Source: Elusimicrobiota bacterium
Lineage (GTDB): Bacteria > Elusimicrobiota > Elusimicrobia > UBA1565 > UBA9628
Reading direction: 5' to 3'
Length of the DNA: 52,493 nt
Assembly (NCBI GenBank): GCA_027319565.1
Contig: DAHVNA010000010.1
Coordinates: 1 to 52,493 of the forward strand
Of the stretch, positions 37,203 to 46,476 are shown piece after piece. The notes beneath the pieces were generated by a model. That model saw only the letters and a list, made by a program, of their open reading frames with translations. It did not search any database and was not told where the DNA came from. The translations under genes were made by a program, and so were the position numbers. Each line of letters opens with the position of its first letter. The first letter of the stretch is position 1.

Positions 37203-38351
37203 ATGGCGGAAGATTATTACGAAACTCTCGGCGTCGCCCGAAACGCTTCGGAAGCGGAAATTAAATCCGCGTTCAGGAAACTGGCGATGAAATACCACCC
37301 TGACAAAAATCCGGGAAATAAGGAGTCCGAGGAAAAATTTCGGAAAATCAATTCCGCATATGAAACCCTGTCCAACCCGGAGAAACGCTCGCTCTACGAC
37401 CGTTTCGGAGAAGCGGGCGTTTCCGGGGCGCAGGGACAGAGTTCCGGCAACCCTTTTGGCGGCGCGGGAGTAGACGTCAATGAGGTTTTTGGAGATCTCT
37501 TTGAAAACCTGTTTAGCGGAGGAGGCGGCTCGGGAAGACAAAGGAGACGCGGCGGGGATCTAAAATATGAGGTCCATATCGACCTCGATGAAGCCTTTTC
37601 GGGAACTCAGATTCCGCTGGAGTTTGAGCGCGCGGAAACCTGCTCTACCTGCAAAGGAACCGGAGCTAAGGGCGGGGTTTCCGGAACCAGAAAATGCTCC
37701 CAGTGCCGCGGCTCGGGTTACGTTCAATTTTCACAAGGATTTTTTTCGATGCGACAGCCCTGCCCCGCCTGCGGTGGAGAAGGCCAAGTCATCGAACATC
37801 CCTGCCCGGAATGCCGGGGTTCGGGAAGAATCCACAAACGCGCCAGCCTCAAGGTCAAGATTCCGCCCGGGATCTATGACGGGGCGACGCTGCGAATCAG
37901 CGGAGAAGGGGAAGCCGGAAGCAAGGGTTCAAGCCCGGGAGACCTCTATGTTCTAGTCCGCATCAAATCCGATCCGCGTTTTGAACGAAACGAAGATGAT
38001 TTGACGACCGAAAGAGTTTTAGGAATCGCCGAAGCCGCTTTAGGAACGACCGCCGATGTCGCCACGATAGACGGCGAGAAAACAAAAATCAAGATACCCG
38101 CCGGAACCCAAAACGGCGCTCTATTTAGGGTCAGAGAAAAAGGAATGCCGAAACTTCATGGACGCGGAAGAGGAGATCTTCTCGTCAAAATTAAAATTGA
38201 AATTCCCCGCCATTTGACGCCTCGGCAGCAAGAACTCTTGGAAGAATTTCAAAAGACAGAACATCCCCAGGACGACTCCTCCGGTTCAAAAGATTCGGAC
38301 TCCGGACATGATTCCAATGGCGGAATTTTTAAAAGTTTCTTTAAACATTAA
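37203..38351 (+). CDS. dnaJ: Chaperone DnaJ
   Basis: J-domain HPD, G/F region, four CxxCxGxG motifs. Confidence 0.97.
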   Translation: MAEDYYETLGVARNASEAEIKSAFRKLAMKYHPDKNPGNKESEEKFRKINSAYETLSNPEKRSLYDRFGEAGVSGAQGQSSGNPFGGAGVDVNEVFGDLFENLFSGGGGSGRQRRRGGDLKYEVHIDLDEAFSGTQIPLEFERAETCSTCKGTGAKGGVSGTRKCSQCRGSGYVQFSQGFFSMRQPCPACGGEGQVIEHPCPECRGSGRIHKRASLKVKIPPGIYDGATLRISGEGEAGSKGSSPGDLYVLVRIKSDPRFERNEDDLTTERVLGIAEAALGTTADVATIDGEKTKIKIPAGTQNGALFRVREKGMPKLHGRGRGDLLVKIKIEIPRHLTPRQQELLEEFQKTEHPQDDSSGSKDSDSGHDSNGGIFKSFFKH

Positions 38352-38364
38352 ATCTTAAAAGCGA

Positions 38365-39144
38365 ATGCCGCAATTCCGGCTTGACCAAAAGATTCCGCCT
38401 CAAGAAAACTGCTTTACTCTCCTAGGCCCCGAGGCAGGACACGCCCTAAGGGTTCTCCGTTATAAGGCCGGAGATAAGATTTTGTGTTTAGATCCGGCGG
38501 GGACAAAAATCGAAGGACTGATCGAGGAAATTGGAGAAGATTTAATTAAGGGTTCTATTCTCAAGCGCTGGCCGTTCAAAGAACCTTCCATCAAGATCAA
38601 TCTCTACGCTTCTATTCTTAAAACCCAGGCCTGGGAAGAGGTTCTTGAAAAAGGAACTGAAATCGGGGTCGCCGCTTTTATGCCTGTTTTAACCGATTAT
38701 TCGGCAATCACATTAAAAAAAGAAGATTATCCGCGGAAAATGGAGCGCTGGGAAAAAGTGATCCTCAGCGCGGTCAAGCAATCCGAACGCAACTCAATTC
38801 CCGCACTCAATGATCCCCGCGGCTTGGACGAAATTCTCAGTCAAGACTTAAAGGGCGAGGTCTCGCTATTCGCCTGGGAGAAATTAAGACATAAGCAAGA
38901 CCGGAAATTTGACCTTGAGTCCGTCTTTACAAATCTCAATTTTCAGCCTCTCACCATCAATCTTTGGATCGGGCCCGAGGGCGGATTTTCAGAAAAAGAA
39001 GTCGATCTTTTTCTTAGAAAAAACGTCAAACCCTTTAGTCTTGGGGAACATATCCTCAGGGCCGAGACTGCGGCTGTGGTCGCCTGCGCACAAGTGGAAT
39101 ACCAAGCCAAACGCGCCTTACTTTTGAAGAGCCCGCTCGGCTAA
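38365..39144 (+). CDS. rsmE: 16S rRNA m3U1498 methyltransferase
   Basis: HALRVLR, EKGTEIGV, KQSER, IGPEGGFS, LGEHILRAETA. Confidence 0.93.
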   Translation: MPQFRLDQKIPPQENCFTLLGPEAGHALRVLRYKAGDKILCLDPAGTKIEGLIEEIGEDLIKGSILKRWPFKEPSIKINLYASILKTQAWEEVLEKGTEIGVAAFMPVLTDYSAITLKKEDYPRKMERWEKVILSAVKQSERNSIPALNDPRGLDEILSQDLKGEVSLFAWEKLRHKQDRKFDLESVFTNLNFQPLTINLWIGPEGGFSEKEVDLFLRKNVKPFSLGEHILRAETAAVVACAQVEYQAKRALLLKSPLG

Positions 39145-39990
39145 GAAGACGACATTTCTTAGCAGACACGCCGTCGTCACCGGCCCCACCCCTCCTGGAA
39201 CGGGAGTAACCCATGCCGCTTTTTTAAGCGCTCCATTAAAATCAACATCGCCGGTTAATTTCCCTTGAACGACGCTGGTTCCCGCGTCGATGACGATAGA
39301 TCCTTTTTTGATCCAGGAACCTTGAATTAAACCGGGACTCCCCACCGCGGAAACCACGATATCGGATTGCCCCACCTCTTTTTTCAAATCCCTGGTCTTT
39401 GAATGGGCCAAGGTCACCGTCAAGTCCATCATCGTCAAGAGATGCGCGGCGGGATTTCCAACGATGTTGGAGCGGCCAATCACCAAGGCCTTTTTGCCTT
39501 TAAGGGGAAAAACTAGTTTTTTCACGATTTCGGCAATCGCCAGCGCCGTCGCTGGAACGATTAGACGCTTCTCTTTAATTTCATTAAAATCTCGGGCTCC
39601 GAAGAGGCGGCCAAAATGAGCCGGGCTCAAGCCTTCCGCGTCTTTTTCCGGAGTCAAACTTTCCAATTCCTTAATATCCATTCCGACGGGAAACGGTTTA
39701 ATCAAAATGAGCGCATGGATTTTTTTATCCTTGAGCGCATCCGCAATTGCCCGAGTATATGTTTGGGGCCTAATTGATGGACTCAATTTAACGGAGCGGC
39801 ACATAATTCCAATTTTTTCTGAATCCCTGATTTTGGAGCGGACAAAAGATTCCGCCTCAAGCGCGCCTTGGGTCGAAAAAATCGCAAGCCCTGGGACAAT
39901 TCCGCGGGCTTTTAGTTTTTTAATTCGATCTTTAAGGCTTTCGTAAATTTTTTCTGAAAAAGCGCGGCCATCAAAAATTTTTGCAGACAT
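39118..39990 (-). CDS. folD: Methylenetetrahydrofolate dehydrogenase/cyclohydrolase (divergent)
   Basis: IGRSNIVGNP, HSKT, IDAG, GDVDF, TPVPGGVGPVT. Confidence 0.9.
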   Translation of the reverse strand: MSAKIFDGRAFSEKIYESLKDRIKKLKARGIVPGLAIFSTQGALEAESFVRSKIRDSEKIGIMCRSVKLSPSIRPQTYTRAIADALKDKKIHALILIKPFPVGMDIKELESLTPEKDAEGLSPAHFGRLFGARDFNEIKEKRLIVPATALAIAEIVKKLVFPLKGKKALVIGRSNIVGNPAAHLLTMMDLTVTLAHSKTRDLKKEVGQSDIVVSAVGSPGLIQGSWIKKGSIVIDAGTSVVQGKLTGDVDFNGALKKAAWVTPVPGGVGPVTTACLLRNVVFLAERALQK

Positions 39991-40906
39991 AATCCTCCAA
40001 CCGGAAAATCATTCTAGCGATTCTCCTTAAAACCGGTATTTCAATTTTCCGCCGCTTGGCCTCAAGAAGAATGGGATTTAAAATTTGCCGGATCTCCGTT
40101 TTTTTCCCTCGTTCAATATCTTGGAGGGTCGAATTTCTTTGCTGCGAGTTGGCTTGGCAAATTCCCTCCAAGCGGCGTTTCATATCTGTTTGAGATATCT
40201 TTTGTCCGCAGGCTCTGGCGACCAAAAGAGATTCTTTCATTATTTGTTCGGCAATCATCCGCAGTTCGATGGATGAGCCGATTTCGCCATTACTGGCCTT
40301 GGCCAAAGCGCCCAAGGGGTTGACCGTGGCATTAAGGCAAAGTTTTTTCCACAACATTTTTCCTTCGTCGTTTTCCATGGAAACCTCCCATCCATCTTCC
40401 GAAAGCAAGGAGGCAACGCCCTGAACCGCCTGTCTATTGTCTTGGTTTTGAGCCAAGACAATATCCCGCCCGCCATGATGAATCACCATTCCCGAAAGAG
40501 TTTTTTCCGCCGCGGCGTAACACGTGCCAATGACGACATTTTTAGAATCAAAAATTTTGCGGATAAGCGCCGGATGATCCAAACCATTTTGCAGAAAGAC
40601 GACCGGAACCTCCGCAGGCAGATACTTTAAAGCCGCCTTCGCCGCTTGTGCGGCATCGGCGTTTTTGACGCAAAAAAACGCGGCTGAGATGGGAAGGCGA
40701 AAATTAAAATCTCTAGCGCAAAAAAGATTGCGAGAAATCTTAAATTTTTTTCCGGAGACTTCTTGAAATAAAATTCCGCGGGAAATCTTTTCTTGATCGG
40801 ATTTGAGGCTTTTTCCAAGCAGATAAACCGCTTTGCCATTTTGGGTGGCGTAAAAAGCCAAAAGAGATCCCACCCCTCCGGGGCCGACGATTAAAATCGA
40901 CTTCAC
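39971..40906 (-). CDS. panE: 2-dehydropantoate 2-reductase
   Basis: GPGGVG, CVK, LQNGL, WKKLCLNATVNPL, STLQDIERGKKTEI. Confidence 0.88.
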   Translation of the reverse strand: MKSILIVGPGGVGSLLAFYATQNGKAVYLLGKSLKSDQEKISRGILFQEVSGKKFKISRNLFCARDFNFRLPISAAFFCVKNADAAQAAKAALKYLPAEVPVVFLQNGLDHPALIRKIFDSKNVVIGTCYAAAEKTLSGMVIHHGGRDIVLAQNQDNRQAVQGVASLLSEDGWEVSMENDEGKMLWKKLCLNATVNPLGALAKASNGEIGSSIELRMIAEQIMKESLLVARACGQKISQTDMKRRLEGICQANSQQRNSTLQDIERGKKTEIRQILNPILLEAKRRKIEIPVLRRIARMIFRLEDYVCKNF

Positions 40907-40919
40907 CGCAACACCTTAC

Positions 40920-40958
40920 AAAAAAAGAGGCCCCGGCAAAAATGCCGAGGCCCCTTTT
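40920..40958 (-). terminator. Rho-independent terminator
   Basis: Minus strand GGGGCCTCGGCA-TTTT-TGCCGGGGCCTC-TTTTTTT. Confidence 0.85.
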
Positions 40959-40981
40959 ACGACGAAAAAACAGCCTTCGCC

Positions 40982-41203
40982 TTAGGCGTTGACCATTTTT
41001 GCGCGGGAAATATCTCCCTTCTTGTCCAAGAAATAAAGATATCCGCTTTCTTTTTTAATTCCGACTTTCTGAACCTTCTCGACTTTTCCGCCTTTTTTGC
41101 CGCCGCGGGCCATCTTAGCGCGGGAAACATCCCCTTGTTTGTCGATGTAGTAGAGATACCCCTCGGCGCGTTGGATTCCGACTTTCTGCAGTTTTTCAGC
41201 CAT
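40982..41203 (-). CDS. Small basic protein made of two ~30-aa tandem repeats
   Basis: AEKLQKVGIQRAEGYLYYIDKQGDVSRAKM / VEKVQKVGIKKESGYLYFLDKKGDISRAKM. AAGGAG RBS, own promoter and terminator. Confidence 0.85.
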   Translation of the reverse strand: MAEKLQKVGIQRAEGYLYYIDKQGDVSRAKMARGGKKGGKVEKVQKVGIKKESGYLYFLDKKGDISRAKMVNA

Positions 41204-41260
41204 TTTAATTCTCCTTACGACGGGATTTTATTTTTTCCGACGGTGTCCCGTCCTAAAATC

Positions 41261-41289
41261 AATCTACAATATATCGACTCCTCAAGCAA
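41261..41289 (-). promoter_or_regulatory. Putative sigma70 promoter TTGCTT-N17-TAGATT
   Basis: Hexamers on the minus strand upstream of the 73-aa gene. Confidence 0.5.
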
Positions 41290-41422
41290 GAAAAATTTTT
41301 TGTTGTGCGATGAAACATCATAGTGTAAATTGAATTTGTAATATTCATATTACGCCTATTATGGAACTCTGTTAAGGAAAATTCCGTTGGTGGAATTTTA
41401 ACTGCGGTTGACAGGGATAATT

Positions 41423-41830
41423 TTATGTAGATAAAGAGACAGACGAGATGATCCGAGGAATCAAGGCTTCCATGTCAAAGGGTTTAGACAAAAGACCTTG
41501 AGCGCCTAAGAGCTCGACATCTCGAATAGTATTTTCCGTCGCGTATCCCGTCATTGCAAAAATAGAGGAATGAGTCTTATCCCTCAAATAATTGATAACG
41601 CTGTATCCGCTGACTCCAGGGAGAATCAAATCCACCAAAATCACGTCAAAATGCTCTTCCGTTGCCCAAAACAAGGCCTCTTCCATATTATAGGCATTCC
41701 AGACCTGGAAACCGTGTTCTTTCAGTTTCCGAGACAAAACTCCGGCCACCGGAGCCTCATCGTCGATGACTAAAATTTTTAACGATCGATTTTCTTGACC
41801 GAGGTCTTTAAATTCTTTTTGGATAGCCAC
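41423..41830 (-). CDS. Single-domain response regulator (receiver)
   Basis: ILVIDDE, ILVDLILPGVSG, MTGY, KPF. Confidence 0.88.
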   Translation of the reverse strand: MAIQKEFKDLGQENRSLKILVIDDEAPVAGVLSRKLKEHGFQVWNAYNMEEALFWATEEHFDVILVDLILPGVSGYSVINYLRDKTHSSIFAMTGYATENTIRDVELLGAQGLLSKPFDMEALIPRIISSVSLST

Positions 41831-41867
41831 ATACCCTCTTCAGATGAGGATAACGAAAGGAGGATAA

Positions 41868-41900
41868 AAAATACTGAAGGCCGGCTTAACAGGGACTTAA
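41868..41900 (-). promoter_or_regulatory. TTAAG-N6-TTAAG direct repeat (OmpR/PhoB-type site) upstream of the receiver gene
   Basis: Minus strand TTAAGTCCCTGTTAAGC (41900-41884), then 10 nt and TATTTT. Confidence 0.45.
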
Positions 41901-43801
41901 TTTTTAGAATCTAAAATTTCTCGAACCTTAGCCGCCAGCGCTTCATAGGTAAACGGCTTTTCCAGGAAATTAATATCAGGATTTAAAATTCCGTCGCCGC
42001 TTAATTGCTCGCCCGTATATCCGGACATAAAAAGAATTTTCATATTGGGAAAGAGATTTCGAGCTTCTATTGCCAAAGCCTTGCCGCTCATTTTAGGCAT
42101 AATGATATCGGTCAAAAGTAAATCTATGGGCGGAACGGGGTTAGCGGTGAGAATCCTTAAGGCTTCATCCGGATAAGGCACGGACAAGACTTGATAACCC
42201 AAACTCTTAAGAGAAGACTCGACAAAACGACGAACCATAGCCTCATCCTCAACCAGAAGAATTCGCTCATGGCCGCCCGCAATTTGCCCCAAGGGAGTTT
42301 CGGAAACGATTGTCTCTTCGCGATCGTAAATTCTGGGAAGATAAATCCTAAAGGTCGTGCCCTGACCTTCTTCGCTATAACACGACAAATGCCCCTTATG
42401 CTGCTTGATAATGCCGTAACAAGTCGCAAGCCCAAGCCCCGTGCCCTTTCCCAAGCCCTTGGTCGTGAAAAAAGGCTCAAAGAGGTGCGCTTTAATTTCC
42501 GGAGTCATCCCGGTTCCAGTATCCCCTATAGATATCGCGACATAATCTCCGGCGCTCACCTCCGCATGAGTCTCCGCATAAGACTTGTCTAATTTCACAT
42601 TATGCGCGTGGATGGTCAATTTCCCGCCATTGGGCATCGCGTCGCGGGCATTAATGGCGAGGTTAAGTAAAACCTGCTCTATTTGGTGGGGGTCGACATA
42701 AACCAGCCCCAAATTCGGCGCGGGAACCATCACAATTTCAATATTTTCCATGAAAATCGGCCGAAGCATTTTCTGAAATCTTACCAGCGTGTCCGCTAAA
42801 TTAATGACTCGAGGCTGAATCAGTTGTTTGCGTGAAAAAGCTAATAACTGCTTAACCAAGGAGGCCGCTCTTTGCCCCGCGTTAATGATTTCCTGGGCGT
42901 CGGAATAAACCGTAGATTCCTTATCCACGGATTTAGAAATAAAATCGGCATAGCCTTGAATCGTCACCAAGAGATTATTGAAATCATGGGCGATGCCGCC
43001 GGCCAACTGCCCAACCGGTTCCATTTTTTGGGCTTGAAACAATTGATCCTGGAGCTTTTTCTCAACCGTCACATCTGTTCCGATGGCGACAAAATGAGTG
43101 ATTTCCCCGTTTTCATTCTTGACCGGGGTAATGGTTTGACTCTCTTGAAAAATAGTTCCATCTTTTTTCTTATTATCAAAAATCATCCGAAAAGTCTTTC
43201 CCGCCAAGATGGTTTTCCAAAGATGCGCGTAAAGCTTGTCCTCGTGTTTTCCGGATTTGAGAATTCTCGGAGTTTTCCCAATCGCCTCCGCCGCGGAATA
43301 GCCCGTCACTTGCTGAAAAGCGCGATTGACCTGTAAAATGGTCCCTTCAATATCGGTAATAACGACGCTGTCGGCGGTCTGCTCAAAAATTGCGCTCAAT
43401 TGCCTATTTTTTTCATTCTCCTGCCGATATCTAGTCACATCCCTGAGCGTACTCATGATCAATAATTCTCCCTTAATAGGCAAAGGTGATAGAGAGATTT
43501 CAATATCGATTTCGCTCCCGTCTTTACGGACAGCGGTCAAATCCTGCCGCGAACTCATCAAACGAACTTCCGGCGATTTTTGATAATTCTGATAATTTTT
43601 TTTATGATTTTCCCGATATCGTTCGGGAACCAAATCGTCAATCAACAGCCCTACCATCTCGCCCGAACCATAGCCCAACAGTTTTTCGGCCTGAAGATTG
43701 GCCGTTTGTATCTTTCTATTGGAATCGGAAATGATAACGGCGTTTGGCGTCATCTGAAACATCTGCCGGTAAATCTCCAGATCGTCAAATAAATTAGTCA
43801 T
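41897..43801 (-). CDS. Cytoplasmic PAS-PAS hybrid histidine kinase/receiver (CckA-like)
   Basis: Two PAS domains, H-box GGIAHDFNNLL, NARDAMP, FFTTKGLGKGTGLGL, C-terminal REC (LLLTDIIMP). No TM segments. Confidence 0.92.
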   Translation of the reverse strand: MTNLFDDLEIYRQMFQMTPNAVIISDSNRKIQTANLQAEKLLGYGSGEMVGLLIDDLVPERYRENHKKNYQNYQKSPEVRLMSSRQDLTAVRKDGSEIDIEISLSPLPIKGELLIMSTLRDVTRYRQENEKNRQLSAIFEQTADSVVITDIEGTILQVNRAFQQVTGYSAAEAIGKTPRILKSGKHEDKLYAHLWKTILAGKTFRMIFDNKKKDGTIFQESQTITPVKNENGEITHFVAIGTDVTVEKKLQDQLFQAQKMEPVGQLAGGIAHDFNNLLVTIQGYADFISKSVDKESTVYSDAQEIINAGQRAASLVKQLLAFSRKQLIQPRVINLADTLVRFQKMLRPIFMENIEIVMVPAPNLGLVYVDPHQIEQVLLNLAINARDAMPNGGKLTIHAHNVKLDKSYAETHAEVSAGDYVAISIGDTGTGMTPEIKAHLFEPFFTTKGLGKGTGLGLATCYGIIKQHKGHLSCYSEEGQGTTFRIYLPRIYDREETIVSETPLGQIAGGHERILLVEDEAMVRRFVESSLKSLGYQVLSVPYPDEALRILTANPVPPIDLLLTDIIMPKMSGKALAIEARNLFPNMKILFMSGYTGEQLSGDGILNPDINFLEKPFTYEALAAKVREILDSKN

Positions 43802-43839
43802 AAGGAACCTTTAAGGACACCGTTAATAAGATATCAGAT

Positions 43840-43893
43840 TTAAGCCTCTGTTAAGCTTCCGCTAGGAATTTTTAAAGCCCCGGGGATTACAAT
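43840..43893 (+). promoter_or_regulatory. 11-bp-periodic TTAAGC repeats plus -10 TACAAT
   Basis: TTAAGC 43840, TTAAGC 43851, CTAGGA 43862, TAAAGC 43873, then 9 nt, then TACAAT 43888. Confidence 0.6.
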
Positions 43894-43917
43894 CAGAATA
43901 GAGAGCGGGAGGGGGCC

Positions 43918-44817
43918 ATGAAAACAAAAATGGGAAGCGTCATCCAAATTCTGTTTTTTCTTTTTATGAACGCTCCGTGCATGGCCGGAGCTTTCATGGG
44001 AATCGCCAAGGATATCTCGGAACAAGCCTTGCATCTCGGAGTCAAGAAAATCGCGGTCCTGCCGTTTGAGGCCATTGACGGCAGCAATTTAGATGAGGGG
44101 CGGGAGATTTCGGAGAAAATGACCACTCGTTTCGTGCGCCTGAGGAAAATCGCCGTCATCGAGCGACCTCTGCTTAAGAAAGTCCTCGATGAACAAGCCT
44201 TATCGGATACCGGAGCGATTAACCCGGATCAAATTAAGGCTATCGGACGAATCGCCTCCGTCGATGCCATCATCACCGGAAGTTACGAATCAGACGGAGA
44301 AACCCTCACAATAGACGCGCGGCTCATCAATACAGAAACCGGAGTCATCATGGCGGCCTCTGAAAAACAGGCCCCCTACAAAGCCCGGCCGGTTGGCGAT
44401 TTCGCCGACCGGCCGGGTCAATCGTTATGGATTCCGGCTCCCACGCTTGATGTTCCCGCTCCGACCATTTTTTCTGCCGATGATCCCGATCTCAGAGACT
44501 CTATGTCCGATGTCGATCCCAACGCCCATAATGGATGCATCGAGGCTTCCAAGCGGGTCGACGACCTTGAAGGGCAAATCATCGATCTTAAAGCCCGCTA
44601 CTGGGCTCGGCGTCTTAAACAGGGATTTTCTTTCTCCAGTCTAACCCACAATCCGGGCTCTGAAATTACGAGTCCAGAACTTAAGAGAAAATTCTACGCC
44701 CGCTTAAGAAACTGGTATGAGCAGCCGGAAATCCCCGCTCTAAACTCCTCTGAACTCCGCCTATTTGCCAATATTGACTCAAAAGCGATTCAGATTCACG
44801 ACGATTGCGGGATTTAA
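43918..44817 (+). CDS. Exported FlgO/CsgG-fold protein with unknown C-terminal domain
   Basis: Signal peptide, KIAVLPF, VIER..LKKVLDEQAL, IGRIASVDAIITGS, IDARLINTETG. Confidence 0.7.
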   Translation: MKTKMGSVIQILFFLFMNAPCMAGAFMGIAKDISEQALHLGVKKIAVLPFEAIDGSNLDEGREISEKMTTRFVRLRKIAVIERPLLKKVLDEQALSDTGAINPDQIKAIGRIASVDAIITGSYESDGETLTIDARLINTETGVIMAASEKQAPYKARPVGDFADRPGQSLWIPAPTLDVPAPTIFSADDPDLRDSMSDVDPNAHNGCIEASKRVDDLEGQIIDLKARYWARRLKQGFSFSSLTHNPGSEITSPELKRKFYARLRNWYEQPEIPALNSSELRLFANIDSKAIQIHDDCGI

Positions 44818-44826
44818 TAGAAGGTC

Positions 44827-46392
44827 TTAAGACTCAAGAACCTGGGAAATTTTCTTCAGCAAATCTTCCTGATTAAACGGCTTTTGAAGAAAGGTTATAT
44901 TCTCATCGATCTTAAAGTCGCCAAACTCGCGATCCAGATATCCCGACATAAAGAGAATCTTTAAATGCGGGTAAAGGGGGCGAAGAGTCTTGGCGAAATC
45001 AATCCCATTTTGATCGGGGAGAACCACATCGCTTAAAAGGACTTGAACGGATTCTTTTTCAAGCTCTAAAATTTTTTTCGCATCCATAACCGATGCCGCT
45101 TCAAAAACCAAATACCCAGCCATCTTAAGCATTCGCGCGGTCAACTGGCGAACGCTTTTCTCATCATCCAAAAGCAGAACAGTCTTAGCCGCTGCTTTGG
45201 AAGCGCCCTGAGGTTTTTCTTTTGCGCCGCCCTCGGGCTGGGAATTGCCGCGAGGGAAATGAATGTGGAAAGTCGTCCCCCGCCCAAGCGAGCTTTCGCA
45301 ATCAATAAACCCGCCGTTTTGCTTAACAATTCCATAAACAGTGGCCAAGGCAAGGCCGGTCTCTATTTTCCGGTCTTGACTGGTAAAAAAAGGCTCAAAG
45401 ATATGGGCCCTAAGCTCTTCTTCCATTCCAATTCCAGTGTCGGAAATAGTCATTAAGACATACTCGCCTTTAGGAATTTTAAACTTGCTTCGCGCCGCCC
45501 CTTGTCTAAAATCAATATTTTTTGTCTCAATTCTCAAGGTTCCGCCCTTGGGCATCGCGTCCTTGGCGTTGACCGCCAAATTCATCAAAACCTGCTGAAT
45601 ATGTCCAGGATCGACATAAACAAAATAAAGGCCGGGGGCCAAATCAATTTGAATATTGATATCTTCCCCAATGGTCCGCCTAAGAATTTTTTCGATGTTT
45701 TGAATCTCGGAATTTAAATCCAAAACCTTCGGTTGAAAAACTTGTCGCCGGGTAAAGGCTAAGAGTTGGCTGGTTAATGAAGCCGCCCGGTGAGCCGCTT
45801 TCTTAATCTCCTCGAGATCTTCTTTCCAATGAGGATTTTCCTGGGACCCCGCCATTAAAAAGCTGACATTTCCCAAGATGGTGGTCAATAAGTTATTGAA
45901 ATCATGCGCCACGCCTCCCGCTAAACGTCCTAAAATCTCCATTTTTTCCGCATGACGGCATTGCTCTTCCAACTGCCGGTGTTTTTTTCTGTTTTGGGCT
46001 TCTTTAATTTCTCTCTCGATGACCGGCAAAAGGCGCGCCACCCCTTCTTTAGTAATGCAATCCTTGGCTCCCGCCGTCATGACCTGGGAAATATTATCTT
46101 CTCTAAGCTCGTCACAGAAAACAAGGAGAGGAATATCAAGACCTCGATCCTGAATCTCTTTGAGAGCGTCCATAAGTCCGAAATGAGAATTGACATTCTG
46201 GCCGATGACGACATCCCAAGTGGAACCCGTCAAGGCCTCATTAAGCTCAGAGACGTTATTGACCCGCTTTAAATGGATGGGCCGTCCGGAAGATTTCAGC
46301 TTTTCAAAAAGAATGGAATGCGCATCATCGGCCTTAATGACCAACAAAATCCGCCACGGAGTCTCTTCCATAGATACTTCTGATTGAAGCAT
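44827..46392 (-). CDS. REC-HisKA-HATPase-REC hybrid histidine kinase (degenerate N-terminal REC and G2 box)
   Basis: GGVAHDFNNLL, NAKDAMP, DTGIGM, C-terminal LLSDVVLP...KPF. Confidence 0.88.
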   Translation of the reverse strand: MLQSEVSMEETPWRILLVIKADDAHSILFEKLKSSGRPIHLKRVNNVSELNEALTGSTWDVVIGQNVNSHFGLMDALKEIQDRGLDIPLLVFCDELREDNISQVMTAGAKDCITKEGVARLLPVIEREIKEAQNRKKHRQLEEQCRHAEKMEILGRLAGGVAHDFNNLLTTILGNVSFLMAGSQENPHWKEDLEEIKKAAHRAASLTSQLLAFTRRQVFQPKVLDLNSEIQNIEKILRRTIGEDINIQIDLAPGLYFVYVDPGHIQQVLMNLAVNAKDAMPKGGTLRIETKNIDFRQGAARSKFKIPKGEYVLMTISDTGIGMEEELRAHIFEPFFTSQDRKIETGLALATVYGIVKQNGGFIDCESSLGRGTTFHIHFPRGNSQPEGGAKEKPQGASKAAAKTVLLLDDEKSVRQLTARMLKMAGYLVFEAASVMDAKKILELEKESVQVLLSDVVLPDQNGIDFAKTLRPLYPHLKILFMSGYLDREFGDFKIDENITFLQKPFNQEDLLKKISQVLES

Positions 46393-46414
46393 TTTTGTCG
46401 GGTTTTAGTCTTTC

Positions 46415-46446
46415 TTAAGCGCAACTTAAGCGAAACGGGCTACAAT
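46415..46446 (+). promoter_or_regulatory. TTAAGC-N5-TTAAGC repeat plus -10 TACAAT
   Basis: TTAAGC 46415 and 46426, then 9 nt, then TACAAT 46441. Same spacing as at 43873-43893. Confidence 0.6.
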
Positions 46447-46476
46447 TTCATCAGGATAAAGAAGGAGGAGGGGGCC

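Noticed and set aside
41300..41420. AT-rich intergenic stretch with weak dyads (GATG-AAA-CATC; AAAATTCC-N6-GGAATTTT) as an ncRNA or CRP/FNR site
   Set aside because: Spacing does not match CRP/FNR consensus and there is no recognisable RNA family. It may only be a weak terminator.
46384..46476. Longer start for the LPP20 lipoprotein, and similar extensions at 33610-33666, 32160-32222 and 51144-51293
   Set aside because: These extensions cover promoters or neighbouring genes. RBS, signal-peptide or domain positions support the shorter starts.
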